Assembly: GCF_000497125.1 (NCBI RefSeq)
Contig: NC_090597.1
Location: 1,375,797-1,439,796, forward strand
Origin: Spironucleus salmonicida
Taxonomy: Eukaryota
Length of the DNA: 64,000 bases
Direction of reading: 5' to 3'
Shown in pieces: positions 1 through 14,673 of the stretch. The first letter of the stretch is position 1, and each line of letters starts with the position of its first letter. A model generated the notes under the pieces. That model saw only the letters and a list, made by a program, of their open reading frames with translations, was not told the origin of the DNA and did not search any database. The position numbers were made by a program, and so were the translations under genes.

Positions 1-2
1 CC

Positions 3-3000
3 GGTTTATCTTAAGACAATCCATTCTTTATCGCACACTTTATTTAACTATTCTAATAGTGTGCAGATTATTTAGATCCTTGTTTATTAACGGCTGCATT
101 TTAAATTATGATATAAATTCTGTAAATGAAGCAAAGAAATTCAGCTATATTTTAAACTTAGATTTAAACTAATATATTTTAAGATTATTAAGGAGAATTT
201 TTAACTGGATATAATTCTTTTGATTTTTTGAGAAATTATAAATTATTTCTTATTTAATCTCTATAAGATTATCTTTCATATAATTTTATTTAAGAAGAAC
301 ACAAGTAAGACCCTTCACTTCCTATTGAGAAATATAAAAACGAGGTTGTCAGTAGTTAAGATGAATCGTCAAGATAAGAATCTAGTGTATAATCCGTATT
401 AAACGAATCTAATTTTATATATAAAGGTATTATGTAAACTATGTTGTATTCCCTTAAAATACCTATGTTTGAACTGTAATTAAATTCAAATGCGAATGTT
501 AATTAATATAATTTGCTTATTTAAATTATTTCGCAAATTAGCTAATTTTAGATAATGTCAGCAGATAATATGAAGGATATGTTCAAATAAATGTAAAAAA
601 CAGATATAGAAGAAGATGTGGACATTAGTGACAATTAATCAGTCGCTTCTAAAGCTAGCAGTTCATGTACAGCATCTAGTGTGTCTAGTGGAGTATTACA
701 AGATTACTAAGATGATTAAAAGTAAAAATAAGAGTAATAAAAGAGCAATGATGTTAAAATAATTTAAAATTTAACTTATAAATAGTTTAGATTTTTAAAT
801 TCAATTAAGCAACCTCAGAAAATAATTATAGATGTATAAAATATTATGTAGACATTAGTTACAACTTAAAACAATTAGAAAAAGTAAACAAAATCTCATA
901 ATAAAGCCGATAAAAAAGTTACAGAAGATATTTTATCATTCTTAAGAACATTTATGATAGAGTTGTAACTGTATCATACAATAAGTGTTGATGCAGTAGA
1001 ATATCTGGTAGTCTTATAGATTTTCAGATTTTCAGTATTAATGGCACTGGGCATTAAACCAAATTATGTGTTTAGTCCAACAACATATTATAGATAAGGA
1101 TTTTAACCAGAAAGTACCAAACAATCTAAAATTATAGGTATTACCATGAATTCAGTATTATAAAATCAAAATATTATATCTAAAAATAAATGTGGACTTT
1201 CTTTTGCTGAATTTAATTTTGGGTCAATTAATAGCTAGTTTTCTTAAAGACTGTAATATTATTTAACAAATTATAAACCTAATAACAAAGATTTTAATGA
1301 CAGTAGCCTTTATGCAAAGATTAATGAAGTATCTTTCCCAGACATTCATGACGCTGTAGCAAAACATACAGATGAACCATTTGATATTTTATTAATAGTA
1401 CAAAAATCAATGTTATTACGTGAATCTGGAACTGGAATATCCCTTTATACCTCTTTATTGTAATCATTATAATCAGATACATTTGTTTAACATATTTTTG
1501 ATTAAGATGAAATAGCTAATATAATGAAAATATTATCATTAAATTTAGAATTTAATGTAGAAATGGATATAAAAGATTTAATTGGAATTTTAGGGGTTAC
1601 ATTTTCTTTACTAATAATTGATGATACACCAATCTCAAATAATATTTTATAAGAATTCTCTAAAAGTTCACTTAATAATGATAATGTCTAAAATATGGGA
1701 AGGATCGGAAATATTATTGAAAATTATGTCAATAATTAAGATATAGATTTATTACGTGATCAGAAGCATGATTAACATGTTACTTCCAATATGGGGCTTT
1801 AAATTAACAAGTTCAATACTGTATTTTATTAATAGTTTGATATTTTAAAATTATTTAAAATTTCGAACTGTTCATTCCCAGAAAATTTTGCAATAATGGA
1901 CAAATTTGGTATTTAATTTAAATAAATCTAGGTGGATTTTGCAAACATATCCGTATAAATTTATAAATAAATAATGATAATCTCAGGAGATTGGAATGTT
2001 AGTTTTAATGAATTCACACATTTAGCATCATCATTAGTTAATTAAATATATAAATCAATTTAAGAATTTTTTGATAATATTAGTTTCTTATTTACAACAT
2101 TTAAATATTTTGAAGCACTGGGTTCTCCAACAAAGCAGAAAAGCAAATTAGTTGATGGATAAAGAGTAACTATTGATACAATTATTAATTAAATTGTATA
2201 AGAATGTAACGACTTACAATCTAAAAAATCTATCAATAAACCTTACGATCCAACATTATTTTAGTAGCTTAATTAACAGTTCTTTGGAAAAAATGTTGAT
2301 TTATAAACTTTAGTATAAGATAAATTTTCCCATAAAGACATGTGGCTTTAAGTATATGCATCAATTGAGGAATCTTCGGCATTGAGAGACTTAGTTTATA
2401 CAGTAATCGAGCTACTCAGAACATAGCATAAATTCTACTATACATCGCTTTTATCTGCCCACATAGATGGAATTTTCATGTGTTGTTATATTTATTTTAG
2501 TTAGACAAATTAATTACCTAATCAAAAGGTTTTTGATTACCTAAAAACAGGTAAATTTTGCAAATTATTTGGTAATACATAAGATTTAGTTAACAAAACC
2601 AATGTAGATATAATAGCAAATTTTTAAATGTAATATGATCCATTTTTGGTATTTTTAACATCACTAGTATAAGAAAGTGGCATACCAGTTGATATTTAAT
2701 TTAAAGGAATCCCAACAATATTACCAAATTCAAAGGATGAAATCTAATCATAGGACTTAAAATTTACTACAAAGAACCCACTAATATTGTCTGGACATGC
2801 ATGTTCTCCAAACTAAATTTAAAACCATTTTACATCAGTCAATTCATTTAGTTTTCCAATATTACCTGTTCTTGAGTCTAATAATTTACAATACAAATAA
2901 AATGACCCTGACAAAGTTACTTTGTATAATCTTGCAGTAATTAATTAAATATTAAAGAAAAATACATATTTAGTAAGCTAAGAGCTATTGTTATCTTCAA

Positions 3001-6000
3001 TTTGTTTACTAGAACTATTAAGAAGATCAGATAATAATTAAATCGATATGTGCAAATTCAATGTTTAATATCTAAATAACCCATTAAATTTAAATAATCG
3101 CAAATTTGTTGAAGACACAACTAGAAAGCTTATTATGGTCGATATGACTATAGAACCTAAAAAGTTTAATGTTCTACTAAGTAGAGTATTAGCTATATCA
3201 GAATACTTTATTATATTTGCTAACTATGGTGTTAATGCACATCAAGATAATTGTTCCACACTAAGGAAATTTTTGGTACTAAGATCCCGAAAGATAATAC
3301 AGAAAAGGCAAACAATTTATATAGGTAAACAATCATGTGTTGTCAATTAGCCATTACATAAATATAAAGTAGTTATAGCATACGAAGAACCTTTTGACAT
3401 AACATTTATTCTCAAAAAATCAGGACTGTTGACATAAGATTTTATTGATTCTATTTGTGTTTTAGGAAAAGTATTTAATACAAAATTTTAAGAGATTTAA
3501 GATCCAACTTAAGTAATGACATAATAAATAATCAAATCTATATTTACAGAAAGAGCAACAACGAGATATTATTATGAAGAGTCACGGATTTTGTTATCAT
3601 AATGCAAGTAATAGTTACAGTCGATAAAAACTACAATTTGTAAATATTTTTATTATTATGTATTTGATGAAGAAATTCAAAACTATAAGGCTAATAAATT
3701 AGATACAATGATGATCAAAACTTTGGATACCTAATCTGAGTAACGACATGTTTATGAGATGGATGATTATTAGTTCTAGACGTTAATAGATATGTTGATT
3801 TCTTCACCATAAAAAATTATATAGACAAATTTGAGAACATCATGTGTGCTTAGTTCCTCATTAGCATAAAAAGAAGAAGTAGGCAAATTTATAAAAGAGC
3901 ACTAAAGTTTAATTAGCCTTGAATATTAAAAAACTTAATTTTCGGAATTCAGTATAGAAGATATCAACCTAACTGAGAAGAAACCTTATAGATCTGTAAA
4001 ATAGACCAAACCTCTTTAACTGTAAGATAATCCAATTAGTGCGAAATGTGCATCTGTCAGTATCATTTAAACTGTTGGAATTGGATATGCTAAGTAGTTA
4101 TCTATAGCACTTTACTATATATAAAATATAATTAAATCATTTTTGCCGTAATATATTTAGCTTTAATACCTTTCTAATTAAAATATTGTTACATTTGTGT
4201 GTGACAAACTTAAGAGTGACAAATAAGAACTTATGTCTAAAGTTGATGATGTTAACAGACTTTATTTGTGTTAATATAAAGTTGAAGTTGGAAATATAGA
4301 TATTCCGAAACTTTATCCTTTAGAGTTTGCACTTTCCGTTTAAAAAAATATTTTAAATGAGTATCTTATAACTAAATCTTTGCCCCTGATTTAGAAACTT
4401 ATTATACCATCAATTGATGAAACCTTAGGTAATTCCATTTACTTATTGATCAATATTATATTTTTTACATTAGTACAATAGGATGGTTATATAAATAATG
4501 CAGATTTAATTTCTTATTATTTAAGTTAGTGTATTCATACACTACATACATCTAGTGTTGATGATTAAAGACGTTTTGTTGGTCACTAAATACATACTAT
4601 CTTTAGTTAAAATTCCAAATTTAGACTTAATATAAAGTAATTTGAGCCTAGTATGATTAATGATTTGACGTAGTTTTATCCAGAAATTACACATATGTCT
4701 GATCTTCTAACTGACTCTTGGACGAAATTAATAACTTTGCAACAGAATGAAATAATAAAAGAATGTCTACCATATTTCTTAAGATATCATAGCTCATTTG
4801 TACAGCTTAATTAATGCAAATATTTGTTTGCAGCTGTTATCTTATATTATTATTAAAATAATTAAGAACTGATGGTGGGATATTTAGGATAGCTGAAAAT
4901 AGATGTCGTAAAGGATTAAAAAGTTTTAAATCAAAATACAGAATCTCAGAATCTCAGTTCAGATAATGATGAAGATGAAGATGAAAGCGAGAAAGATGAT
5001 GAGGAAGCATAATAACATGATGGATTTTTGACAAGATTATTTTTAGTTCTGAATTTATAACAAAAAGAGGATACAAAGCTTACATAATTACCAACTATAT
5101 TATAATAGCCATCTCCTTAATCGTTCTTCGCAGTTTTCCTTATATGTAATGTCCTTTAACCTCAACATTTATCAGATAATATTATATTTTATTAGTTGTT
5201 AATGTTTGGTTATTTAAACATGAAATATGAAATGAATAAAACTAAGTTGTCACAATAAAATTATCCAAATGTACAAAATTGTGTTACAGGAATATTAAGA
5301 AATGGTTATTATACATTATCTGTAGATAGATAACGAGTTTTGACAAAAATTTAATAAGATTTCTAAGAAACTTTCAGATAATACTCATCTCATGTAGATT
5401 AGCATATTTTAATTTAAAAAGTAATGCCAACCTTTACATCATCGTTAATTTCAGAGATTTTGTTCATTATCTCAGAACTTTTTTATTCTTCATCAATAGA
5501 TGTTCACAAATATGTGCAAAAAGTAAAAATTCTTTAGTAAAAAGAAGATTATGACCATACAAAACATTATTAACAATTGACATCATTAGGAAAACCGCCT
5601 GAAAATGTATTTATAGTATATTATGATGAATCTTTTGATATTCTTGAAATAATAACATTTATTTATAATAACTTAGAATTATAAATTTTTGCTAATATTC
5701 CTTTAAAATATTATAATTTTCCTAGTTTTGATGATTTAACAGATTAAATAATTATCACTAAAGTTTAGCCTACTCTAGAAGGTCTAGATATAATTTATAA
5801 TCTACAAAAAATATTCATTTAAAAGAAAACAGTATCAAGTTATATTTTATAGTTACCGATGTTTATTTTGATCCCTATGTCTCACTAAGAAGTAACCTAT
5901 TAAGGGATATCTAAATTTAATACAGAATTTATTAAGTTGATAGATTTGGTGCAACCAACATTTGCATTTTTACATTACCCTAAAATCTTATATAAACGAT

Positions 6001-7730
6001 ATTCGTTTTAGATATTAATAGGAATGATGACTTAGTCAGCATATTATCATTCAAATACTGCCAAGCTTTCAGATTAAGTATTATTTTAAAATACATTGAA
6101 TATTTAATATATTCGTTTGTTTACGGCTTAATTAGTGCTGAGTAATATTTAAAGCATTAATATGTTTAATTAAGAATCTTAAAATTCATAGTATCGATTT
6201 TGTTATGGTGAGAAGCGAACATTGAAACCATCATATTCAAGAAGTAAGTACGATGCAGATATTTATTATCTTATAACTTCCTTATTTGCGGACTAAGATA
6301 ATATTTATTAGCTATTTCAAACCTTAATTAACCTTACTTTTACAAATAGAAATGTTATTATTAATAATGGTGAAAGATATGGTAATATTGAAGAAGCATC
6401 ATTAAACATAGAAGAAAGTGAGGATAATGATGTTGGTTAAATAAATCCAGTTATTACTGAGGACGTAGCTAAGAAAATAGATATGAACAAATATATTTTC
6501 GATATTGATGACTAAAAAGATCCAGTTGAAATGGACTTAGACGAAGAGTTCGGAAATACTAGTATGTCTTATGAAGAAGAAGAAGAAAACGATGAAAACG
6601 AATTAAATCAAGTTTAAAATACTCCATATGATTAGGCATAAGAGTCAAAACAAGTTATTGGTGTTACTGAAGAATAGACCGTTTATTTCAATGTAATTAG
6701 ATAAATAATACTATATGAATCACCTCTAGATATTAGCTAGTATTTAAATTTAGAAAGTATCGAAGAAGCAATAGTAAGGCTAACTTTTTGTAAAAATAGA
6801 AAAATTAAAAGCAAAAGTATAGAAATCTTTACACAAAAAATTCTAAAACTCATTAAAAAATAATGCGAAGGCTATTAACTAAAAAATCCTAATCAGTAAA
6901 GAGAAGAATTCTTTTCATTTTACGGTTCACTAATTAAAATCATATCTGAATATAGTGCAGTTTACAGCCAATAAAAAACATTACAATGCTAAAATTACAG
7001 ATCTGTCATGAGTAGTATTCACCTCTAAAAACTAATAACCCCGCAACTCTTTGAGAATCAAATTGAAGACTAACTTTAGCCACTGTTCGACTTATACATT
7101 CAATCTCTTTCAAAGACATACAACAGATAGCAGTATTATACGAAATAGTATTCTCCAAGAGTTCTCTTCACGGATCTCGTAATGAACCAAGTCAATCTAG
7201 ACATGAACACAATCATCGGTAATAAATAATTCGGTATTTATGGCTCCAAATGGGTTATCAATGCATCATCTTTTCAATTCATCCTTGAAAACCTCTTTAA
7301 TTTCATTAAATTTCGAAACTCAATAGTTTCAGGTTCCGGGTTCAGCAAGTAAAAATTAGTATTCACACTATAAGAGTAACCGGGAATACCAATAATTAAT
7401 GATGATAATGTCTTATAATTCCAAACTAATGAGATACCGCCATTTTGTATAATTTTGAGAGAGATGGAACTCATTGGAATGGTATACGATACAAGTATTC
7501 ATTCCATTTCTGACGCGAATTTCGAATCAGGTGTAGGTTTCCGTGATCTTCACGACATCTATATTTATACTATCGTTAGCGAAACTGGGAAGTACAAAAT
7601 CCCAGAAAATTACATATCTGTACCAATTAAAATCAATAACTTGATTCTAGGGTAAGTTCTAGTACGCGATCTGACTGGAATTTCAGAGGTTGATTTTTGT
7701 GTAAGAAATCCAGTTTTTACAATACAGTGA
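3..7730 (+). CDS. Very large hypothetical protein (>2,575 aa; start lies upstream of the window)
   Basis: With TAR=Gln the frame is open from position 3 to TGA at 7728-7730 (spot-checked). Track ORFs at 3135 and 7455 are in this frame. Acidic low-complexity patches near 4960-5010 and 6400-6600. No family recognised. Confidence 0.85.
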
Positions 7731-8208
7731 TATATTTTGTTTAAAATCTGTACTTTAGGGCGAGGATTAAGAATCCCAAACTACAACATAGAGCTAAATC
7801 TGTTATTTTTGGTCCAAAATCAATATTATATAACAAATTTGGAGTCGGGATTAGTATTAGCATAGTTGTGAAATAAAAAAATATATAGTGTGGTTTTGGT
7901 TTGTTATTACAGTGGAAAAGAAGTATGAAAGGGGGCAAATAGTGAGCAAAAATGTGCTAAAAATTTGTAAATGCATCATCCCAGTATTTAATAACAATAA
8001 TGGACATCGTGAGACAAGAACCAAAAATTGTCTAGGCTGCAAAATCATTCAATTAAAATGATGGTATAGTTTCTTAAAAAAATGATATCAAAAATAGAAA
8101 AATCCAATTATGAAGGCATAAATAATAAAATGATTCTATTTTTTTAATATTAATAACATTGATAATGATTGTTAGATATATAGTTTCAATGAGTAAATTA
8201 AATATCAT
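7633..8208 (-). CDS. Multi-pass membrane protein, 191 aa, weakly FAR-17a/AIG1-like
   Basis: ATG at 8208 (context tctaaaATG). MIFNLLIETIYL...FYYLCLHNWIFLFL...HIFAHYLPPFILL...; several hydrophobic segments; TGA at 7635-7633. Family guess rests only on the FYYL..W and H.LP motifs. Confidence 0.6.
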
Positions 8209-8410
8209 TTTAGAAACAAATCAAATTATGATACTATATATTTTTATAAATAAAATTAAGTTGATAGTTTTACTTTATATAATATAAATATATAAATATT
8301 ATATTTTTTGGTATCAATATAGAAAATTATAATATAAAAGTAAAATATTTTAAAAATGTAGAATAAATATACTTTATTATAAATACGGAATAACATGTGG
8401 TATTTTATAA

Positions 8411-8929
8411 ATGAGGATGAACTCTCCAGAATTAACAAATAAACGCTATATTTCACCTAGTGGATTGCGTGCACGAACCCCTGCAGTCAAGTATGATTAA
8501 CGACGGGATAGACTAAAATTTGAGTATAATATAGTTCCTGGCCCTAATTTTTATGTTAAAGAACATTAAGATGTTTAAACTGTTAAGTCTCCTACGTTAA
8601 ATTAATCACAACGAGTATCTGAATTTTTAAAATCTACCTCATAACTTCCGCATTTACTAGAAATTGAAACCTTAGATAGTTTCAAATAAGTTAATTCCCA
8701 CAAACGAATACCAGTTAGCCTGCCTAATTCTCTCAGATCATCAAATGGAAATTCGTATATAAAATGTGATAAATAGATTAAAACCAGCCCATTTAGCTAC
8801 TCCCCATTAAAATAGTAACTGTAAAAGACAAAAATTATGGGATGTGATAGATTTAAAGCAGAGAAGATTAACTATTATGATTAAGATAGGGGTCCTGTTG
8901 GGTATACATATTTTAATAAAATATAGTGA
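8411..8929 (+). CDS. Hypothetical 172-aa protein with a PGP motif (SHIPPO/ODF3-like, possibly flagellar)
   Basis: Open frame MRMNSPELTNKR...VPGPNFY...RGPVGYTYFNKIQ*; stop lies in tAGTGA. Confidence 0.65.
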
Positions 8930-9109
8930 GTATTTCATTTTAATTCGAATCTAATTGATTTAGAGATTTTTGTTTATGAAAGATTTATCATGTATTATAA
9001 TATTATAATCGACATATTTATAACAAAAGTAATTTAATTTTGTAAATTATAAATTATATTATAATTACCTTTAAAAAATTCTTTCCAATTTTTTCATTCC
9101 CTCATCTTA

Positions 9110-12100
9110 ATGAACGTATAGTAGTAGATTCAAGAAGCTATACGTAGAGCAGAAGAACAGTGTCTAAACGCCGTTTAAGAGGAACATAAGAATGCCTATT
9201 TATAATTACGCCAAATTATTTAATAGCATGGTATTGATTCTCTTAATTAAGAATAAAAGTCTTATTATCAGTAGATGGACTAGTATATTGAATAACAGAG
9301 AAAGGCAGCTGTAGATTAAATCATGGTATAAAATCCTTAAGCATAATATTAATCATCTGAATAAAAAATTGATTTTTCCTCACCGGAATATGGTAGTTAG
9401 TTGAGGACCTACGTTATGGATATAGTTTAACTACCAATCCATATGCTAGAGTAAAAATTTAAAGCTCTTTTCATCAGTTTAATTTAAAAAGGTTACGGTA
9501 GATCTGCTGCCTTGTAGCATTTGAGAAACGTACTTTAATAGGTTGATCAGTACAACCCAAATCCTGAAAAACAAGCTAATATTGCTAGGATTTGGGAAGG
9601 AATTCAGGTTATGTAAGAAGGTGGTGACGAAGATGATGAAGGAGAAACAATTAATGGAGTTTACATTCGTCCTATTCCTTTTACTATCCCCGATGAAATT
9701 ATCACATATATGATTTTACCAGTTAGAGCTTAGTAATTGTTGAACTAGCGTCTTAGAACGGGTGAATCTGTCCCACACACTATTTTCATTAAAAGAAGAA
9801 AAGGAAGACCTAGTAAAGATACCGGGGTAGCCCATGAGTTTTACACACCTGTTTTTAGAATAGGGTAGATAGAAACGGATGTTCTTTAGTTCTTCTATTC
9901 TGACTCTCCTTAATTAGCCTCTGATGTCGAGTAATTAGCTAAAAAAATTTATGAATAAAGAGATTTTTATTTAAGACCAGAAAATAGAAACTAAGTTAGC
10001 CAACCAACTTCAGCCCCAACTTATAACTCTATGCCTGCTTATGGTACTACTACTTATCAAGCTCCAGCTACTACAGATCCATACGGATTATAAGGACAAT
10101 ATAATTTTGGTGGCGGTGCCACTACCTCTCAATATGGAACTTCTGCTAGTGGAGTATATGGTGCAGCCGCCCCTGGTTTTAACCAATATAATCCATATGG
10201 AGCTACGGCTGCGAGTGGTTTAGGTCAAGAAGGTTCAGAATATGATGACGCGTCACATATACCTACCGAATCGGATGAATTTGTAGAGGAACAGGTTAGT
10301 GATGATACATCTGAATAACCTATGATGCCTAGTGATTCCGGTGATGATGATCACGAATCCTTTGGAGTTAAAAGCGAGCCCTCTGTTTAAGATTCAGATT
10401 ATTTGCCTAGCCCAGAAAATATTGAAGAAGAGGAAGAGGCAGACGAGATTTATATTGAAAAAGTTATCGAATGTAAGGAAATCCCTATATCGGAGGCTTG
10501 GAAATATCCTCCTAGTATTATGGTAGTCCCTAGACCACCAAACTATACTAAATTTGACAGTTATAAGCCATCAGGTGCCTTACCTGTTCCTCGTTCAGAT
10601 GCTGGTTCTATATTAGATAGATTAGGTTAAATTGAAGAGGATGTTAACGGCGAATAAGTCTAGATAATGACTTAAAATACCTAAAATACGCAGTCTGTTT
10701 TCATTTATTTAATTAAATGGAGAGATAACGCATATTATCATTCCACATGGGAAGTTGAAGACTTTTTAACCCATCTTACTTCTTTCATTAAGGTTTAAAA
10801 CTTTAAGACTGAATATAAGGAAAGAAAAATCGTTCTTTAATCTGATAAATTATCCTCAGACGAGAAATAAGTTATAATTGATTAGGGTGAAGAAAGAAAA
10901 CATAATTACAAGCTCTACTGTGAACCTGAAAAGATTGTAGCTTATGATGTAAAAGAAGACTAGAAAGCTAGTTTAGAAGAGCGCCTATCAAAGATTCGTT
11001 AAATAATTCGCGAAAAGGGTATGAAATCAGATGCAATATGCGGTGCCTTCTCTAGTTCAATTGATAAAATTTTCTATAATAACTAGAATAGTAAGCCTGA
11101 AATTGATGATAAAGGATTTGTAGTTAATCAAGAATCTAGCGGTGTTGTATCATTTAAAGGTTATTTCTATCTTATTAAATGGAAAAATTTATCTTATTCC
11201 CAGTCCACATGGGAAATTCATGAAGATTTGGCTAATATGTTCGGCGAAGATAAAGTTAAGGCTCTTATTAGAGCTTATACTAAGAGAAGTTAGCCTATTA
11301 AGAAGATGCTTTCTACAAACTATTTAAAGTTCAATGAAAGACCTATTTTCAAAGAATTCACATCAGCACATCCAGATTTCTTACTAGATGTCAACAAAGA
11401 ATTTATCTTGAAACCCCACCAAATTAGAGGTGTAAATGTTTTACTTTACAACTATTGTTAGCATAAAAATATTATTCTAGCAGATCAGTTAGGGTTGGGT
11501 AAAACAGTATAAGCGGTAGTATTTTTATCTGCACTGTATCATTAATTTTTGGTTCCTGGACCTTTCCTTATTGTAGCACCTTTAACTACCATCTAAGCTT
11601 GGATTCAAACTATAAATGATTGGTTCCCTGATTGTAATCTTGTAAATTTAATTGGTAGCAAAAAGGACAGACAGATAATTATTGATAATGAATTAGTATA
11701 AATCGTCAATGGCAATGTTACCAACAAATTCCACATAATTTTAACAACTCCATCTATCGCTTTAATTGAAGAACTTGAATTAAAGAAGTTTAAATATAGA
11801 GGATTTTTAATTGATGAAGCTCATTCTATTAAAAATGAAAGATCTAAGAGAAATAAAATCTTTACTTCATTCACTACAGATTGTAAGCTTCTAATAACTG
11901 GAACTCCTATTTAAAATTCAATTTCTGAATTCTATAACTTACTTCATTTCATTGATGCAGAGGTCTTTAAAAATTAATAAGAATTTGAAAAGTACGGTTC
12001 TTTAGATGATTTCCGCGATGGTCTTAATAAAGTTGTTATTAAGAATGAAAATTCAGAGTAAGAACTGATAAATAGTACTAAGATGAAGGAAGTTGATAAA

Positions 12101-14545
12101 ATTGATAAGTAAAATATATTTGCATAATCAGACTCTGAGGATTTAGATCTTCCTCTTAATATGAAGCCATCTGATATCAAAAATACTTTTGTCGCCAACA
12201 CTATTTAACCTGACATTATTGATAAAATAGAATTTATCGCATAGTTGCTTAAACCATATATCTTACGTCGTGTTGCTGCGGTAGTAGAAAAATCTCTTCC
12301 GGAGAAAAAAGAGTATATTTTAAGAATGCCATTAACTGAAGAGTAAAAATTGTATTCTAAATCCATAGTAGAGAATAATGTCAACCAACTTACGTCAAAT
12401 GAGGTTGTTAAATTAACTAACGTAATGATGTAACTTAAAAAAGTGGCTAATCATCCTTATGTAGTACGCCATGCAGATATTAATACATTAGATCTTAATA
12501 CCTTAGTTTCGCAGTCTTCAAAATTTTAGGTTTTAGAGAAATTACTCCCTAAATTAAAGTAAGAAGGACATAGAGTATTGATTTTTACCTAACTTACTAA
12601 AACTATCAAACTTCTTTAAAGATATTGTACTTTGAAAACTTATAAATATTAAACTATTATTGGGTCAACAATTTTAGATGAAAGAGTAGATGCTATCAAT
12701 TAATTTAATAAATCAAACTCTGAAGATTTCATTTTCCTACTTACCACTAAAGTTTCATAGGGTATAAACCTTTAGACTGCCGATACAGTTATAATATTTG
12801 ATGTCGACTTTAACCCTCAAAACGACTTATAAGCCGTTGGGAGAGCCCATAGAATAGGATAAATGAAGCCAGTCACTATTTATAGATTTTTAACTTAAGA
12901 TTCCGTTGAAGAAAAAATATACGAAATTGCAAAACGTAAAATGGTATTAGATTATGCCCTTGTTCAGTCCTAATCTTTGGCTATTGAATCTGATAGTTCT
13001 ATCTTGAGAAAAGTTTTAGAATATGGTATTGAACAACTAGACTCTGCTACTAAGACTTTAAGCTTCGATGATATTATTGATAACTAGGAAGAAATGAAAT
13101 ATGGTAATTAAATCCCATCGCCTTCTAATGTTAAAGATTTGCAATTCACTGATTTGTAAGTAGAGAATAATTAAATTTTCTACAATTTAATTGCTCAGTA
13201 GGACGAACCTTAATTTTTGAACGAACCTATTAGTAGCTTAACTTAAAATTAAGCCTCATAGCTTATAAATGCTTAGATTTAATTTGGTTTGCCAAAACTT
13301 GCAAATTAAATCAAAGAACATTTTAAATTAGATTTCTCCCCAAGCCAGATTCATACACTTTTCAATTAGCTTTTAACTGAAGCTAGAGAGCATTTTAGAT
13401 TCTCAAGATTAGATATTTTCAACCTTCCTCAAGAAATTCCTCAAATATCTTTCTCATTCTAACAGGTTAACTGTGACGCTGTTTAAATATTGAACTCGTT
13501 TTACTCCATGTTACTCATTGATTTACACATCAAAAATGCATTGTTTAAGCTCCCTAGAGCTCTTTATCAAGAATTTGAGCCTGCTTAGGTTTGGAATAGT
13601 TAGTTTGATACTATTCTACTTTTAGATTGTAAGATTGTTGGTTTCAATGATTTTGATTCGAAAAAGTATTCTGATTTATCTGATAGCGAGATTACCGTAG
13701 CGGATTTGAAAGATCGTGTTAATTTCTTGATTAAGTAATTATAAAAGCTACCCTCTTCTAAATTATACGAATAGGTACATAATGATGGTTTAGATACTAA
13801 ATTAACATTTGACTCTAATATTAATACTGAGACCTAGGCTGAATAGCGCGAAAATGACATTATCAAAAAACTCTAATATGGAGAAATTTCCCGTACAACC
13901 TTCAATATTCCTCATCAGAAGCATATATGTACATCGTCATTATAGTAAGTACTCAAGTTCTTCACTGTTGAAAGAAAACGTAAAATATCGTCTTTAGTTG
14001 CTCGCTTTGAAGAATTTTCACGTGCAAAATTCCCATTCAGAGACTTTATTGGTATCACTGTTTTCAATGGTAACTAACGTCTCCACAAGAAGTTTTTGAA
14101 CTATTTAGAGAAGTTCCCTATGAGCAAATCCGAAGAAGATTTATTATTTAAACTTTATCACTGTATTATGGATGTTGTAGTTACCAGAATTGGTGATATT
14201 ATAAATATTGTTGATGAAAAAATTGATGAAATGAAAGAGAAGAACTAGGCAATCAATGAAATAGATAATGATAGTTATGTTTAAAAGTCAATTTCTGAAC
14301 TTTTAGACTATCTTTACAGAAATGTTTGGATACACTGTGAAATACGTCATATTGCTGCTCCTTATATTTTAGCAAAAATGGCTGAATGGTATAGTGAAAG
14401 TTTCGACGAAGAACTGCTTGAATTTGGCGAAGATGATGGCGGTAACTGGTTCTCTACCTTCAGATTGGACGTAGAAAACTAAAATGACATGGGTGATCAT
14501 GGGCTAGATGCTGATGATAATGATGATGTTGACTATCCTTACTGA
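9110..14545 (+). CDS. CHD-family SNF2 chromatin remodeller (tandem chromodomains plus helicase), 1,811 aa
   Basis: Two chromodomains (YLIKWRDNAYYHSTWE; YLIKWKNLSYSQSTWE). SNF2 motifs [59 protein letters not shown]. AT-hook-like RRKGRPSK near 9795. Confidence 0.95.
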
Positions 14546-14673
14546 CTGATAACATAATGATTTCATTTATTTATTAACATAAATTTTTAACATAATTCAA
14601 AAACTCAGAAATAACCTCTATAAAATAAATCCATTTTAAACATAAATTCTTTAGCATTATATAAATAATTAAA

